Source: Octopus sinensis
Taxonomy: Eukaryota
DNA length: 64,000 nucleotides
Direction of reading: 5' to 3'
NCBI RefSeq assembly: GCF_006345805.1
Contig: NC_042997.1
Location: 174,158,001 to 174,222,000, forward strand
How positions within the stretch are numbered: position 1 is the stretch's first letter; every line of letters starts with the position of its first letter. Shown in pieces: positions 1 through 12,877 of the stretch. The position numbers and the translations under genes were made by a program. The notes under the pieces were generated by a model that had not been told where the DNA came from, searched no databases, and saw only the letters and a list, made by a program, of their open reading frames with translations.

Positions 1-108
1 ATAAATAGATAGATAGATGGATGGATAGAGGGATAGAGGGATAGATAGATAGATAGATGGATAGATGGATGGATAGAGGGATAGATGGATAGATTGATGG
101 ATAGATAA
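1..108. repeat. (GATA)n/(GGAT)n compound microsatellite
   Basis: Directly visible tandem tetranucleotides. Confidence 0.95.
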
Positions 109-111
109 GTT

Positions 112-690
112 TTTTTATTAGCCACACAGGGTTGCACACAGATGGGATAAGTTACAAGGTAGAGCTTTTCTTTTGGGGGATGAAAAAAAACAACAAAAAA
201 CAAAAGAATAAAAAAGAAAGGGTGGCGTAGATTTTCGATCAAAAGAGATCGTAAAAGGGAAAAAAGAACAAAAAAAAAAGGAAAAGAAAAAATACGTTGG
301 AAGATCAAGACCGCCTTCCAGTTTCACTTTTCCTTAAGAAAAAAATTTGCCATACCACACACTATGCTAGGCAATTCTCATTATTTTCCTATTGCATCAG
401 ATATTACCAAAATTTTTTCCACGGTTAATTTGTATTATTTTTTACAACGATGCAACTTTAAAAAATTCTATAAATCAATTCATACCATTGGGTTGTATTT
501 TTTTATATATTTTTTAAAACTTGCAAGTTCTTCTCCAATCGAAAAAATGATATAGACGTTGACATTTGTGTCATTTATTTTATTACATTTAATAAATAAT
601 CTTCTTGAATTATTTATTATTGCTGTTGTTATTTCTGGAATTATTCCCATTCTCAATTTCATTTTTTTAAATAATTTTTGTCGCTATTTA
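112..690 (-). mobile_element. Probable 3' end of a non-LTR retrotransposon (clade uncertain)
   Basis: Minus strand shows a pyrimidine-rich UTR ending ...ccctgtgtggctAATAAAaaaa, followed by the (CTAT)n tract. The tail resembles the SINE family A tail. Upstream coding part is too decayed to assign. Confidence 0.4.
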
Positions 691-1549
691 TTTGTATATT
701 TATTTATTTATTTTTCTCAGGGGAACAATTAGGAACAGGGACCACATTATTATATATATTTATATATACAGAGAGAGAGAGAGAGGGGGGAGGAGGAAGA
801 GAGAGAGAGAGAGACAGTAAGATAGAAAGAGACATGCATACCCACACACATAGACACATATACATGCATATATACACATAGGTATATATATGTGTATGTG
901 TGCATACTTGTGTGTGTGCATATGTGAATGGGTGCATTTATATACAGCTAACAGTGATTGGGGTAAAATGAGGGGAAGGAAGCCGAGGAGGAAAGAATTT
1001 GTGTGTACTATTTTATTTTATTTGTATATTTGTTTAATTTAGCTGTCGTCTGCCCCCCTCCCCTTTGCAATGACAGCAAACATATTTACAATTGCGCCAG
1101 ATTAGAGTGGTTTGAGACGAAAAGAAAGAAAAAAATCACACGCACACACCTCACCAAATCCAGGCACTTTGATTGACAGTTTTTAACTTGACGTAAAACT
1201 ATTAGGGCCAAATTCTTCTGGCATCGCACCTGCTACTGTTCCATGGATAAGAGAGCTGAAGAATGATAAAAAGAAAAAGAATAAGAAGAATCACTAAAAA
1301 AAAAAAAAGAATATAGATTCTCTAGGAAGACGACGAAAATGAAGAAAACGATAAAAATGAAGAAATATTAGAAAAAAAGTATAAGAAAGACGTCTAAATG
1401 AAATAAAATAAAAGACAAATATCAAATACAAAAATGCAAAAAAAATGGGATTTGTCTTAAAGTGCATATAAAACTCACAAATGAATTCGCCAGAAGTTAG
1501 GACAGAGCCACAGAGTTACACCACATAAAAAAAACGGGTAGGCATGTTG

Positions 1550-1606
1550 TTTGTGTATATACGTACGTATGCAAGTATACACACATGCATATACATCTGC
1601 ATACAC

Positions 1607-1674
<68 letters not shown>

Positions 1675-1790
1675 TATGTATATATGCATGTATATGTGTG
1701 TGCGAGTGTGTGTCTAATAAAAATTATATATATACCTACACATACATACGCACACACACACATATATATACATACACATTTAATGTTGTG
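1550..1790. repeat. (TA)n/(CA)n compound microsatellite
   Basis: Directly visible. Confidence 0.95.
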
Positions 1791-2019
1791 GGGGTGGTTA
1801 CTTTGCTTTTCTTGTTGTTATTGTTGTTATTATTATCCAAAGAGCAATAGGTGTTACCTAAGGGCGTAGGGTGTTCGTTTTCAATATTTAAATTCTGTAA
1901 CGCACCTGAGATAAGATAACAAAAATTATGACAGCAAATCAAATTGAAAATTAAAAAAAAAAATTGTAGCAATTAAATATGAATACTTAAACGCATACAT
2001 GTATTTGTGCATGTGAGTA

Positions 2020-2057
<38 letters not shown>

Positions 2058-2230
2058 AATATAAAGAGAAAGAATGGGGAAAGAACTATTGTTTACCTTT
2101 TCATTAATGATACTTGCACAACAAAATTATGAACAAAGCCAATTAGGGATTTTCTATCACCCGGCATCACGTTATTTTAAAATTTGGGACCACCCAATGA
2201 AAATCACTGACAGAATTTGTACTAAACTTC

Positions 2231-2380
2231 ATATCAGCCTTCTGCTTCATGCATACATACATACATACATACATACATACATACATACATACATTCATAC
2301 ATACATACATACATGCATACATACATACATACATACATACATACATACATACATACATACATACACACATACATACATAT
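2231..2380. repeat. (CATA)n microsatellite
   Basis: Directly visible. Confidence 0.95.
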
Positions 2381-2414
2381 ATGAATGTATATCTTTATAT
2401 ATATAAAACTGAAA

Positions 2415-2900
2415 ATGTGTCTGTCTGTCTGTCTGTCTGTCTGTTTCCCTAAAACTTGAGAACTACACAACCAATTTCATTCAAATTTTACCCATGCCTT
2501 ACTTAGGGTCCATGTAGTTTCATGGGCAAATTTTTTTTTTAACTTTTTGCCTAGGGCGAGCCCACAGCAATATCATATCTTCTCCACTACGATTCCCTAA
2601 AACTTGAGAACTACACAACTAATTTCATTCAAATTTTACACATGCCTTACTTAGGGTCCATGTAGTTTCATGGGCAAAAAAATGTTCAACTTCTTGCCTA
2701 GAGTGAGCCCATAGCAATATCATATCTTCTCCACTATTTCAGTATTACGTGTTAAAAGTGAAACAAAAATATTTCTCTATTTTATGTCAGATGCTTTCAC
2801 TTTAACAATAAAAATAATAATAACAATTGAATTATATGTATTAAGTAATAATTAAAATCAAACTAAAATATAACATAAGTAAAAATAGCAATTGGTATAA
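2415..2900 (+). mobile_element. Non-autonomous Helentron-like element (HINE/DINE-1 type) with internal ~148-bp tandem duplication
   Basis: (GTCT)n tract at 2418-2444 followed by aaaacttgagaactacacaaccaatttcattcaaattt, similar to the HINE core. Unit repeats at 2445 and 2593. Confidence 0.6.
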
Positions 2901-3254
2901 AATTGCATCAATGATTTGAACTTGAATAAGTGGTTTCACATGAATGGGAATTAAATTAAAAATAAAATTAGCGTGCAGAAATGGAATAGTCTAGATGGAT
3001 AATAAAAAATTAAATTAAAGAAAAGACTATTGTCTATAAAGTATACAATGTAGAGAAAAAAGAAGAGCTCACAATTCCAGTCTGTTATATATTTTGAGCA
3101 TTGTTATCACTAGCGATATCAAGATATAACTTCGTAATTTGCATTTTATGTGTAAATGTATATATATATAGATGTACATGTAATATGTACACATATATAT
3201 ACACATATATACATGCACTAGCACTATGACCCGGCAACGACGGGTCTCTAATGC

Positions 3255-3278
3255 TAGTATATATATATATATATATAG

Positions 3279-3324
<46 letters not shown>

Positions 3325-3400
3325 ATATATGTATTTGTGTGTGTGTGTGTGTGTGTGTATACACACAGAAACATACACACACATACAGACACATGTATGC
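3255..3400. repeat. (TA)n(TG)n(CA)n compound microsatellite
   Basis: Directly visible. Confidence 0.95.
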
Positions 3401-4689
3401 GTCTATATATTCATATGTAATTGTTACAATTTTTAAAAATCTTCAGTCTGAATAGCTGTCAATTTATTTTATCTGATCTCAAGTGCGTTACGACGTCAAA
3501 ATGTCGGGAACCAAGACCCTAGACGATTATGTAACACCTATCGCTCTTCAGCTAATAACAATATCATCTATTAATAAAACCAAGCTAGGAAATTATAAAA
3601 CCAAACTAGCCCTACTAGACTGGTTTTTCGAATTACATTTATAGTCCATCATTTATTATAATGTTACTGAATGAATATTCCACATATACATGTATCCTTA
3701 AAATAGACTCAGAATAACACTGTAGATTAATAGCCTAGCGGCTTTGTATTTCAACTATCGTCCATTTTGTCCTGTTGTCAAAGGTTGCTAAATATTCTAC
3801 ATAAACTTAGATCTTTAGCAGAATATTTAGACTAAATCAGCGGTACGGAATGTGACAAAACTGGACTCATTAATTTAATGTTATAGTTGCCTCCCTCTCC
3901 TTCGAGCTTATATAACGCTAATCTCTACATTTTACTCGGTAGACTGTTACCTTTAAAAATACTTTTAAAATGATAGCAACAAAATGATATTTATGGTAAT
4001 GAAACTGAATTAATACGAGAATGTAAGATGGGGTGCAAGTCAGCAGGATAAATGCTCTGTACATTTTCCGGTCATATCAGATCTCATCAGTAAATTGTAG
4101 CTTAATCCTTACTGCCCGACTTTTGAATAACGAGAATTTATTATTGAATGAACACTGCACAGCATCTCGACTTCAAAGAAAATTACCTATGGATGTCTGC
4201 TGCATGAAACCTTAATAATAAAGGTATCATTAATATAATTAATGATTAATTCTTCTTTGGTTGGCTTATACAGAATTTCACTGTTATCCTTAGATATTAG
4301 CTTATCAAATTGTATAAATCTCCATGTATTAATCCCTATGTATTACTCCCAATCATTCCAAAGAAATACGATTGCTTCTCTGAAGAACATGTTACAGATT
4401 TTTTCGTGTAATTAATCGTAGATATTTCTGTATGCAAAAGTCATCTTTATTCATCATTCCTTCGTCGCCAAAACTGCAGGGCAAAAATGGTGCTGTTTGA
4501 GATGTTTCTAATTCAAGATCATTTCACTTTCTCCGAACCAACGATGGCATTAAGTGGTTGCACGTCAATTTAGAAATAACAACCACAAAATTATCAAACG
4601 AAACTTTATTGATTTTAAAATAAAGGATACACTAGATAATGAGCTGTTACTGCAATTTAGCATTCCAACACAAAAGACACACTGTTAGT

Positions 4690-5600
4690 CTCGTAAGCCT
4701 TCAAAGTGTCCACCTTCAAAAGTTACAAATTCCTGTGTGACACAGCTATGCACTGACCCAGGCTGATGTTGATTTCCTAACAGGCTTCTGTAATGAACCT
4801 GCGCAGCTGTGGCAGGGTACGTGGACTATTTTCTCTTTCACAACACTCCAAAAAAAGAAATCCATGTGCTTAAGGTCTTGGGAACAAGGAGATCAATCAG
4901 CGCTACGACGTGACTTCATTAATTTCCTTGGCAATGTTGCATTTAGGAAATTGTACACATGAAACGCATAATGAGGTGGTACCCCATCCTTTTGGTATAA
5001 CACCTCACTGTGCATTGTAGGCACTATCACCTTGCGCAACACGTCAGGGTAGTTGTCAATATTAAATCTTCTCAAAAAAAAAAAAAGAAAAGAAGAAAAA
5101 AGGTCCAAAGACACCTAAATACGACAGACCAGCTCACACAGTAACTCGCAGCCGAATCACCTCAGGAGTTGTAGTTAGGTGGGGCTTTCGTCATGCCAGT
5201 AAACGCAGTTATATCTATTGACATGATTTGACAACTCGAAACAAGACTCGTCCGACAGAACGAGTCTTGCCAAGGAATTTAGATTTTTCACTAATCTCAT
5301 TCACCATGATCTCTGCAAACTGTATACGACGGTCTCGGTCACCCTCTGTTGCAGGAATTTGGCTTCAGGTTCAATTATTTCATGAGAGGACCTAGAGACT
5401 TCCGTGAGGTAGACTTGATGGAGACTATTCACAAACGTTAATGATAATGCATCTCATTTTTATCAATGGTAAGACTTGGTGGACGTCCGGATGCAGGGGC
5501 TTTCTAGCGGTGGGCCAATGTGGAAGATTCCATTTCTGCATTTTGAAATTTCCAGTAATGCTTTAAAATAAAATTTCTCTCGTTATGTCAAGATGCCCAC
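4690..5600 (-). pseudogene. Tc1/mariner DD41D (rosa/Visitor-type) transposase pseudogene
   Basis: Minus-strand fragments SDESCFELSNHVNRYNCVYW and LYQKDGVPPHY...SAD*SPCSQDLKHMDF. I count 41 residues between the second and third Asp. Stops and frameshifts present. Confidence 0.85.
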
Positions 5601-6310
5601 CATTACGTCTTCCAACCCCGAAAACTAGGAAAATAAAACCGTTAGCTTTCTCTTGTACCAACCTCTACATAAAAGAAAAACGGACAAACAGAACAGAAAT
5701 TTTGTTGTTACGTAATATCCAATTATGTTATCAACCGAATATTGTTATCTAATTGCGTCTGGAACTCTATACTTGCAGCCGGCTATTGTTATCGAAAAGA
5801 CTTTCTTCCAAAGTCATCACAGTTAACATCTTTTACTGTGTAAGTGTATGCACGAGCGCGCGTTTTTATAGGAAATTAATGCGTGTGCATGTATGTTTTC
5901 GGCAATTTTAATCTCTCGTTATTCAGTTACAACTTGAATAAGTCTACTAGATATTGTTGAAAGAAAGCAGACCAGCTGCTAACTGTTAAGGCGATAAATC
6001 GTGAAAGCTCTGCAATCAACCCGTACGGGTGTACTCATGAGAGATATTTCGAATATGAAATACTGATGAGAAGAGAAATGTGCAGACTTTATAAAATTCA
6101 AGCAATTTTTATCCATAATCGGGTTAATGTATTTCGTATATTAAATCTCTTTGAATTAGGATTCTTTTCCAAAAAGCCGTGAAGTAGTAATATTTATACG
6201 GTACTACTTTTTCTAAGAAACTTTACTGCACATTTCTTTTATTTAGTATTTAATTTGGTTTGCTCTTTAGACTACCGCCATTCATATAACCCGTCGTTAA
6301 ACGATATAAC

Positions 6311-6399
6311 TTGTTTGTATGTATGTATGTATGTATGTATGTATGTATGTATGTATGTATGTATGTATGTATGTATATATGTATATATGTATATATGTA

Positions 6400-6447
<48 letters not shown>

Positions 6448-6499
6448 TATGTACTTATATGTATACATATATATATATGTATATATGTATATATGTGTA

Positions 6500-6549
<50 letters not shown>

Positions 6550-6575
6550 AATACATACATACATACATACATACA
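6311..6575. repeat. (TATG)n/(TA)n/(CATA)n compound microsatellite
   Basis: Directly visible. Confidence 0.95.
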
Positions 6576-7016
6576 CAGGCGCATGCGTGACTTTGTGGCT
6601 AGAAGTTTGCTTTCCAAACATGTGGCTCCGTGTTCAGTTCTACTGCATGGTACCTTGAGCAAGAGTCTTCTACTGGGTCCAACCAAAGCCTTGAGAGTGA
6701 ATTTCGCAGTCAGAATCTTAAAGAAGCTCGTCGTATACATATGTGTGTATGTGTTTGTGTGTGCGTTTATGTGTTTGTGAGTGTTTATGTGTGTGTTTGT
6801 GTGTGTGTGTGTTTGTGTGAGTGTTTGTCCTCTGTTATGGCTTAACTGGTATTAATGTGTATGTCTTTAACATTGCCGTTCGACTGAAGAGATCGATAGA
6901 ATAAGTACCAGGCTTATATAACTAAGTACTGGGATCAATGTGTTTGACTAAAATTCTTCAAGGTTGATCCCAGGACATGGCTGCAGTTTAAATGACTGAT
7001 TCAAGTAAAAGATAAA
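6576..7016 (+). mobile_element. tRNA-derived SINE family B (head, internal microsatellite, ...aaatgactgaaacaagtaaaaga-type tail), diverged
   Basis: Collinear with the younger copies at 29005 and 41783. Confidence 0.85.
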
Positions 7017-7393
7017 CTACACACACACACACGCGCACACGTAATCACACACACACACACACACACACTTTTGTAGAAAGAATTGATGCACTGAAAATAT
7101 TTTAACGTTGAGAAATATTTCCTTAAATTAAAAATAAATTATATACAAATGAATAAAATGACACATACGTTTTGGAGGGAAGTTTTCATATTGAGCAAAT
7201 GTTTTCGCTGCTCTCAGCTTTTCAAAAATAAGTGTTGTAGGATAATCTTATTAATACAACTTGTTTTTATTAGTGTTGTAGACAATCTCGATTTTAGTTT
7301 CATTTAGAATCCTTATTAAATCATTTTCTTCCTTTATTTTGAAAGAAAAAATATTTAGAATTTTCTTTTTATCCCACGTATGCAACTCTAGTA

Positions 7394-7665
7394 ATGGTAT
7401 TCCTTGAAGAAAAAATTATATGTCCATTTTGGAATTACTTTTCATTAGAATTTTCAATCCTATTTAAAAGACAACTGGAAAGGTTTCTGGAGGAGGACTT
7501 CATATTTTGGAAGGGAAGTAAAGAAGATTTTGCAGCATTTCTTAAATTAATAAATCACGGTCATTATGGAAATAAATAGAAAGGAACTTCGCTTTTTGGA
7601 CATTGTGTTTCTTTAGGAAAATGCGACTGTTACAACCGTTGTCTACTGCAAGGACTGGAACACAT
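7394..7665 (+). pseudogene. Penelope-like element reverse transcriptase fragment
   Basis: ERFLEEDFIFWKGSKEDFAAFLKLIN, then after a frameshift MEINRKELRFLDIVFL*ENATVTTVVYCK. Matches the PLE RT pattern RYVDDxFxxW...FLxxLN...MExxxxELPFLD...TxVYxK. Confidence 0.85.
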
Positions 7666-7994
7666 ATGGCATAAAGGGCAGTGAAAAGTTTAATGTGGGT
7701 ACTGGGGATAAAGAGGTTCATAGTGTGGGTACAATAGCGTAGTTCTTCTTAGATTTAATTTCAAAAAATATTTTCATTTTTTTATTTAATTTCAAAAAAT
7801 ATTTTCATTTTTTGTACTGTGTGCGAATCATCCGGTTATAGTATTGGTCGGACAGTAGTCTTGAATTCTACATTATATCGATGAAATTATGTACAAGTTG
7901 TCTTTTAATGGCAATCAACCAGTGGTCAGAAATTTGTGTGGGTGTTTCTCCTTTTATTGAATTATAGTAAGTGAGCGTTGAAAGGGTTTTTAGT

Positions 7995-8035
7995 AAAAGT
8001 GGGGCGCAGTAGATAAAAACGTTTGAGAATCGCTG
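7995..8035 (+). mobile_element. Possible solo right end of a hAT/Charlie MITE
   Basis: gtttgagaatcgctg at 8021-8035 resembles the GGTTGAGAACCACTG terminal repeat seen at 31810. No partner end found. Confidence 0.35.
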
Positions 8036-8279
8036 ATATAGTTATATAATTTTACATAATACGACTTGGTTTGGGCTGTGTAACATAACATTTGAAAAAT
8101 TTACGATCAAATTACAGCATGAAACAGCAAGAAGAGAATTTAGCCTTCTTTGGTTTCTGTGCAGCGGTTACCGACCATACCTTAAATATACTCTTGTATC
8201 TAACGCTCTATTAAGTTTGCTATTTAAAAAATTTTTTTAGATTATCAGCTGTACAATGTTAGAGACATACATAAATACT

Positions 8280-8620
8280 AAATGATATTGAAGAGCTGTG
8301 ACTCCACCGAAACCCAAGCTGTTGCAGTATCTAGTCCTGTATTTTTATGGTGATGTTGGGATCTTTGGCACCATGCAGTGGCGCCTCGTTCTGCTGTTGG
8401 GGTAACTTTCAATGCCAAAATTCGGAACAAGACCCTCCAGGATTTTCCAGATGTATATCACTGCATATCTCTCCTGCCTTCGCTCCAGGGAGAAGAGTTT
8501 TAATACTTTCAGTCTTTCCCAGTAGCTTATATATTGCATTGAGACGATCTTCTTAGTGTAGCTTCGTTGGATTGCTTCGAGTTCTGCTGTTAACTTTATA
8601 TTGTGTGGTGACCATAGTTA
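8280..8620 (-). mobile_element. CR1/L2-type LINE ORF2 C-terminal fragment
   Basis: LWSPHNIKLTAELEAIQRSYTKKIVSMQYISYWERLKVLKLFSLERRQERYAVIYIWKILEGLVPNF matches the WSP...LE.VQR.ATK...YEERL..L.L.SLE.RR motif. Confidence 0.85.
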
Positions 8621-8684
8621 ACAGTAGCGCAGTAGTGATTAGACATATTGCCATAATGAGTGACGTAATATTTGTTTCTAATTA

Positions 8685-8830
8685 AGGCACATGGTTAGCA
8701 GTTTCAAGGGAACGATTTAGTCAAAACAATCGACTCTATTACTTGCCAGCTATCTTATTTTATCGAACTCAAAAAGATGAAAGGTGAATTTGGTTTCTGC
8801 TTGTTTTGAAGTGTGGAGTATAGAACCGCG
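8685..8830 (-). mobile_element. Degenerate SINE family A
   Basis: tattttatcgaactcaaaaagatgaaaggtgaattt aligns with the family A central domain. Confidence 0.6.
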
Positions 8831-9659
8831 TCTAATACCATGAGGTGTTTTGTGCAACGCTTTAACAACTCAATCAATGAATGATTTCAGAATGATTTTT
8901 AAGATGGACTCGAAGCCACATATTTTGGAGGAAAGATGTATTCAATAAATAGTATCCAATATGTAACTGGTTCTTTATTATCAACTGTAGACATGATAAA
9001 ATTCAAAACCAACACCAGTGTAATTTGAAAAAAAGTTATAGCAATTATCGTAAATCATATCCGGCAGGGTAACGAGTCTACTATCCACATCCTTCAGAAT
9101 GGATGTCTTTATAATTTAAAAAGTAATAAAAAAAATCGAGAAACAAAAGTCATTTGTCGAAATGATAGACTGTTTAATGCGATAACTCCTAGCAGCTGGC
9201 TTACTTTCGTTTCCAGCAATTTCTTATAGATTACGTGGATATTTAAAACATTATCTATGTTAATTAGTGATATATCAAAATAAGTGTAATTACAATCTGG
9301 GCGTAATGAGCATTATAATATGGTAATCTAAGTTGTTGTTTTTTTCATTGAACAAATGTTAACTATTAATTAAATGACAGCATTATCATTATCAGTATAG
9401 CGTTATTAAGTAACAGTGTTTTTGTATTTAATGATGCCACATTCTGGAAATCTTATGGTTCCACTGACAAGAATAAAATCTGTACTTATACCTGAATATG
9501 TCTTGCCCATTCACAGTTTCGGCGATGTCATTTTTTAAGGAAAAAACCAGCTGTCTCCATTCACCACGGCAATGTTGTGCAAGGGAAGGAGCAATACCGC
9601 TTGGCACTATTGTTTTTATATGTGGAGTAAGAGTGTAAAAAAAAAGAAGAAAGAAAAAG

Positions 9660-9830
9660 ACCATGTGCTACAAGGCATCCTGTCAAACACTATAACAATT
9701 CTGTTAAGCCATCGTCCTAGAATGGCTATTCATTTTGCCGACTTCAGAGAGATGAAAGGCATCGACAAGCTCATTGGAATTTGAACTGTGGACGTATAAA
9801 TCTGGCACATTTATACCGCAAAGTATTTCG
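9660..9830 (-). mobile_element. Degenerate SINE (central domain gatgaaaggc...gaatttgaact)
   Basis: Similarity to family A reverse strand. Confidence 0.5.
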
Positions 9831-10254
9831 ACTGAAACTAAATTCTGTAGATCTGTTCACTTCAAACAAGAACCTCCTAACAGTAAAATTTACAATAATT
9901 CAAATAATCGAAATTTGAGAGCAGATATCAAATGAAAAGAACAGTCTTTTGTGCTATCGTATGATGATAAAGAAAAACACTCGGTTTTCTGATTCTTTTC
10001 AGTATTTTTATATACCTGTTGTATTTATAAATATTAAAAATGAGGCATAAATAGAAATAATGATTTCTTACACAAGCACAGATCACTAAGTTTTGTGAGA
10101 GGAGTTGTAGTCGATTAAATTTTCACAGCTATTTCACTGGTATGTTTGCTTTCGACCAGCCGATATATGAAATGCATAGTTGAACATGGGGAGTTTCAAG
10201 TAAAAAAAAAAGTAGGCCGACATCCTCACTGATCAGAAGGTAATTCCGTAGCAG

Positions 10255-10400
10255 TGTCGCCTGTTTACAGTTGAGTGGACGGGAATAACGAGAAATGGAG
10301 TGTTTTGCTCAGGAACACAATGCACTGCCTGGTCCCGAAACCGAACCCTCGAGATAGTAATCGCATGTGCAACACCCTAATTATTAGTCCACACGGTTAC
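10255..10400 (-). mobile_element. Degenerate tRNA-derived SINE (gtgttttgctcaggaacacaa type)
   Basis: Similar blocks at ~40060 and ~55600. Confidence 0.6.
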
Positions 10401-10403
10401 AAA

Positions 10404-10444
<41 letters not shown>

Positions 10445-10484
10445 CGTGTGCACGCGTATATATGTATGTAAATATATATCTATG

Positions 10485-10536
<52 letters not shown>

Positions 10537-11134
10537 AGTTGAGAGTGAGAAAGAAAATACGAAAATTTAACTAAAATAATAAGCAGTAGCGTATGCAGAG
10601 ACAATGACTTATGTTTTCCAGTAAGTACCGCAGGTAACTTTGACATATTTTTGGCCTTGATCTGATCCCCATGCGCAAAGTATAGGCTTCTTTCGGTTGA
10701 AGTAGTAATGATAAAATCAATTTCTAACTGCATCAGACTGGGCTTTTATAAGCATAAGGAAATGAATTGTTGAGAAATTAAATAATTCAGGAATTCAAGG
10801 ATGAATAAAAAGCCATAGGCAGATTAGTATTGACGTATTTAACATAAGGGGCGTTAAAATGTTAGCTATAGGTAATTATTTTGTCCAGACTAAAGAAAAA
10901 ATGTTCATTATTTCAGTAAGGATGTGTTTCAATGTTTCTGTAATTTCGTCAGCGAAACCTATTACAGTTTTCATCGTACTTGATAAATTGCTGATGAAAG
11001 AAAGCATTAAAACGATGCAGAAGATTGTTAAGTTGGTATAAGAAAGTAGAATTGTTTCAAAAAATATCATCATTATAGCGACACTACCTACAGGAGCACT
11101 AATAGTGAAATTAGTGTTAATATATTTAACAGGT

Positions 11135-11240
11135 GTTAGATTGTGAGCTCAAATTCCTCCGTGGTCGACTTTGTCTTTCATCATTTCGTGGTCTATAAAA
11201 TAACTACCTATTCAACCCTAGGTGCGGTAAGATCTACTGA
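11135..11240 (+). mobile_element. Degenerate SINE family A
   Basis: gagctcaaattcctccgtggtcgactttgtctttcatcatttcgtggtc matches the B-box plus central domain. Confidence 0.7.
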
Positions 11241-11469
11241 TGCGTTAATCATCAGAACGCGAAATTATCGATGATCTGGTTGTATCTCCGACAATAGGGA
11301 GCTTGTGTCCCTAGTCAGCTCATTAACATAGTAATTTTGTGGTTATTAAGTTGTTTGAACTCTTATTTCTAGCAATACTGATGCTGATTAGTATCCTTGT
11401 TCACTTTAGTGACGTATATATTTTTGTCTTTTGGTCGTAAAATTGCAAATTTTCACCCATATTATTTAT

Positions 11470-11482
11470 GATATATATATAT

Positions 11483-11539
<57 letters not shown>

Positions 11540-11587
11540 GTATGTGCATATATCTATCTATCTATCTTCTATCTATCTATCTATCTA

Positions 11588-11627
<40 letters not shown>

Positions 11628-11662
11628 ATATCTATCTATCTATCTCTCTCTCTCTATATATA

Positions 11663-11757
<95 letters not shown>

Positions 11758-11810
11758 GCACAGATTTACATATATATATATGTATATACATATATGTATA
11801 TGTATTTATG
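11470..11810. repeat. (TA)n/(TATC)n compound microsatellite
   Basis: Directly visible. Confidence 0.95.
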
Positions 11811-12143
11811 CATGTATGTATATAGTTTTTTATAGTTCACTCATTAGATTGCCGCCATGCAGGACATCGCCTTGCAGAAATTTTACTGGAGAAATCGATA
11901 CCAATGCTTTTTCATTGCTTTTTTGTTGTTTTTTTTTTTGCTAAACACACCAACAACGGTTGTTAAGCGTTGATGGAAAGCAAACAGAGACACAAATACA
12001 CACACATACACAGACATACATGCACAGACTCACTCTCTCACTCTCTCTCACACATACACACGCATAGTATTAACAATGATAAGGAGAACGGAGATTTTTC
12101 ACATTCATAATATTATTTAACCGTTATTTACAGCATCTTTATA

Positions 12144-12237
12144 GGACCTATACGTGTTTCAACGTTTCAACTGCAGCGACTTCACACTGTTGGATATGCA
12201 ATCTAGCATCATAGCTGGCGCAGTTTCATCAGGGTCC
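12144..12237 (-). ncRNA. Type I hammerhead ribozyme motif (degenerate stem III)
   Basis: ggacc CTGATGA [long stem II] GAAA cacgta TA ggtcc. 5-bp stem I, C-A mismatch in stem III, and an 8-nt tandem duplication (gtttcaac) next to GAAA. Confidence 0.6.
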
Positions 12238-12370
12238 TTACAATTAAAGGAATTTACAAACTGAATGAAGAACATATTTTGTAGAAGGTACGGGTGCCAC
12301 TACCGCCTGCAAAATATTTTATTCAGTTTGTTGATTATTTTACTTTTTACATCGAAACGGCTGACGGTAA

Positions 12371-12456
12371 GGACTCTGATGAAACTGAACCAGCCATGAT
12401 GCTGGGTTGCATATGCAACAGTGTGCTGTCGCTGCTGTTGAAATACATGTAGGTCT
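12371..12456 (+). ncRNA. Type I hammerhead ribozyme motif
   Basis: ggact CTGATGA(12376-82) aac...gtt GAAA(12440-43) tacatg TA ggtct. Palindromic TACATGTA across stem III. Confidence 0.65.
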
Positions 12457-12719
12457 CGTGAAAACGGTGTAAATAATTGTTAAATGAATTACAGATGTGA
12501 AAAAAATCTACGTTTTTCTAATCATTATCAATGCTATTACTTACTCTACGGAAAATATGCAGCCCTGAACAGGACACTCGGATTTACTCAGCGGGAAAAT
12601 TTCCAGAGCCTAGCAAAAATATCACAAAAGGATCTTGGTGGTTAGCCCGTATCTGAAACCGACTTCAGAGGAAACATAGTAACCGCCAGGATAATATATC
12701 CCTTTAAACTCATTTTTAC

Positions 12720-12870
<151 letters not shown>

Positions 12871-12877
12871 TACATAC

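Larger units (their letters stand above)
12092..12509. mobile_element. Imperfect ~420-bp palindrome: inverted pair of Penelope-type pLTR fragments
   Basis: Arms are reverse-complementary around a loop at ~12291-12300, e.g. gtttcatcagggtccttac / gtaaggactctgatgaaac. Each arm carries a hammerhead core. Confidence 0.75.

Noticed and set aside
4050-4095. CTGATGA...GAAA on the minus strand
   Set aside because: Stem I does not pair and stem II is misregistered.
10585-10640. Two strong donor-like sites (CA|GTAAGT, AG|GTAACT) 12 nt apart
   Set aside because: No convincing upstream exon or homology, so it cannot be distinguished from chance.
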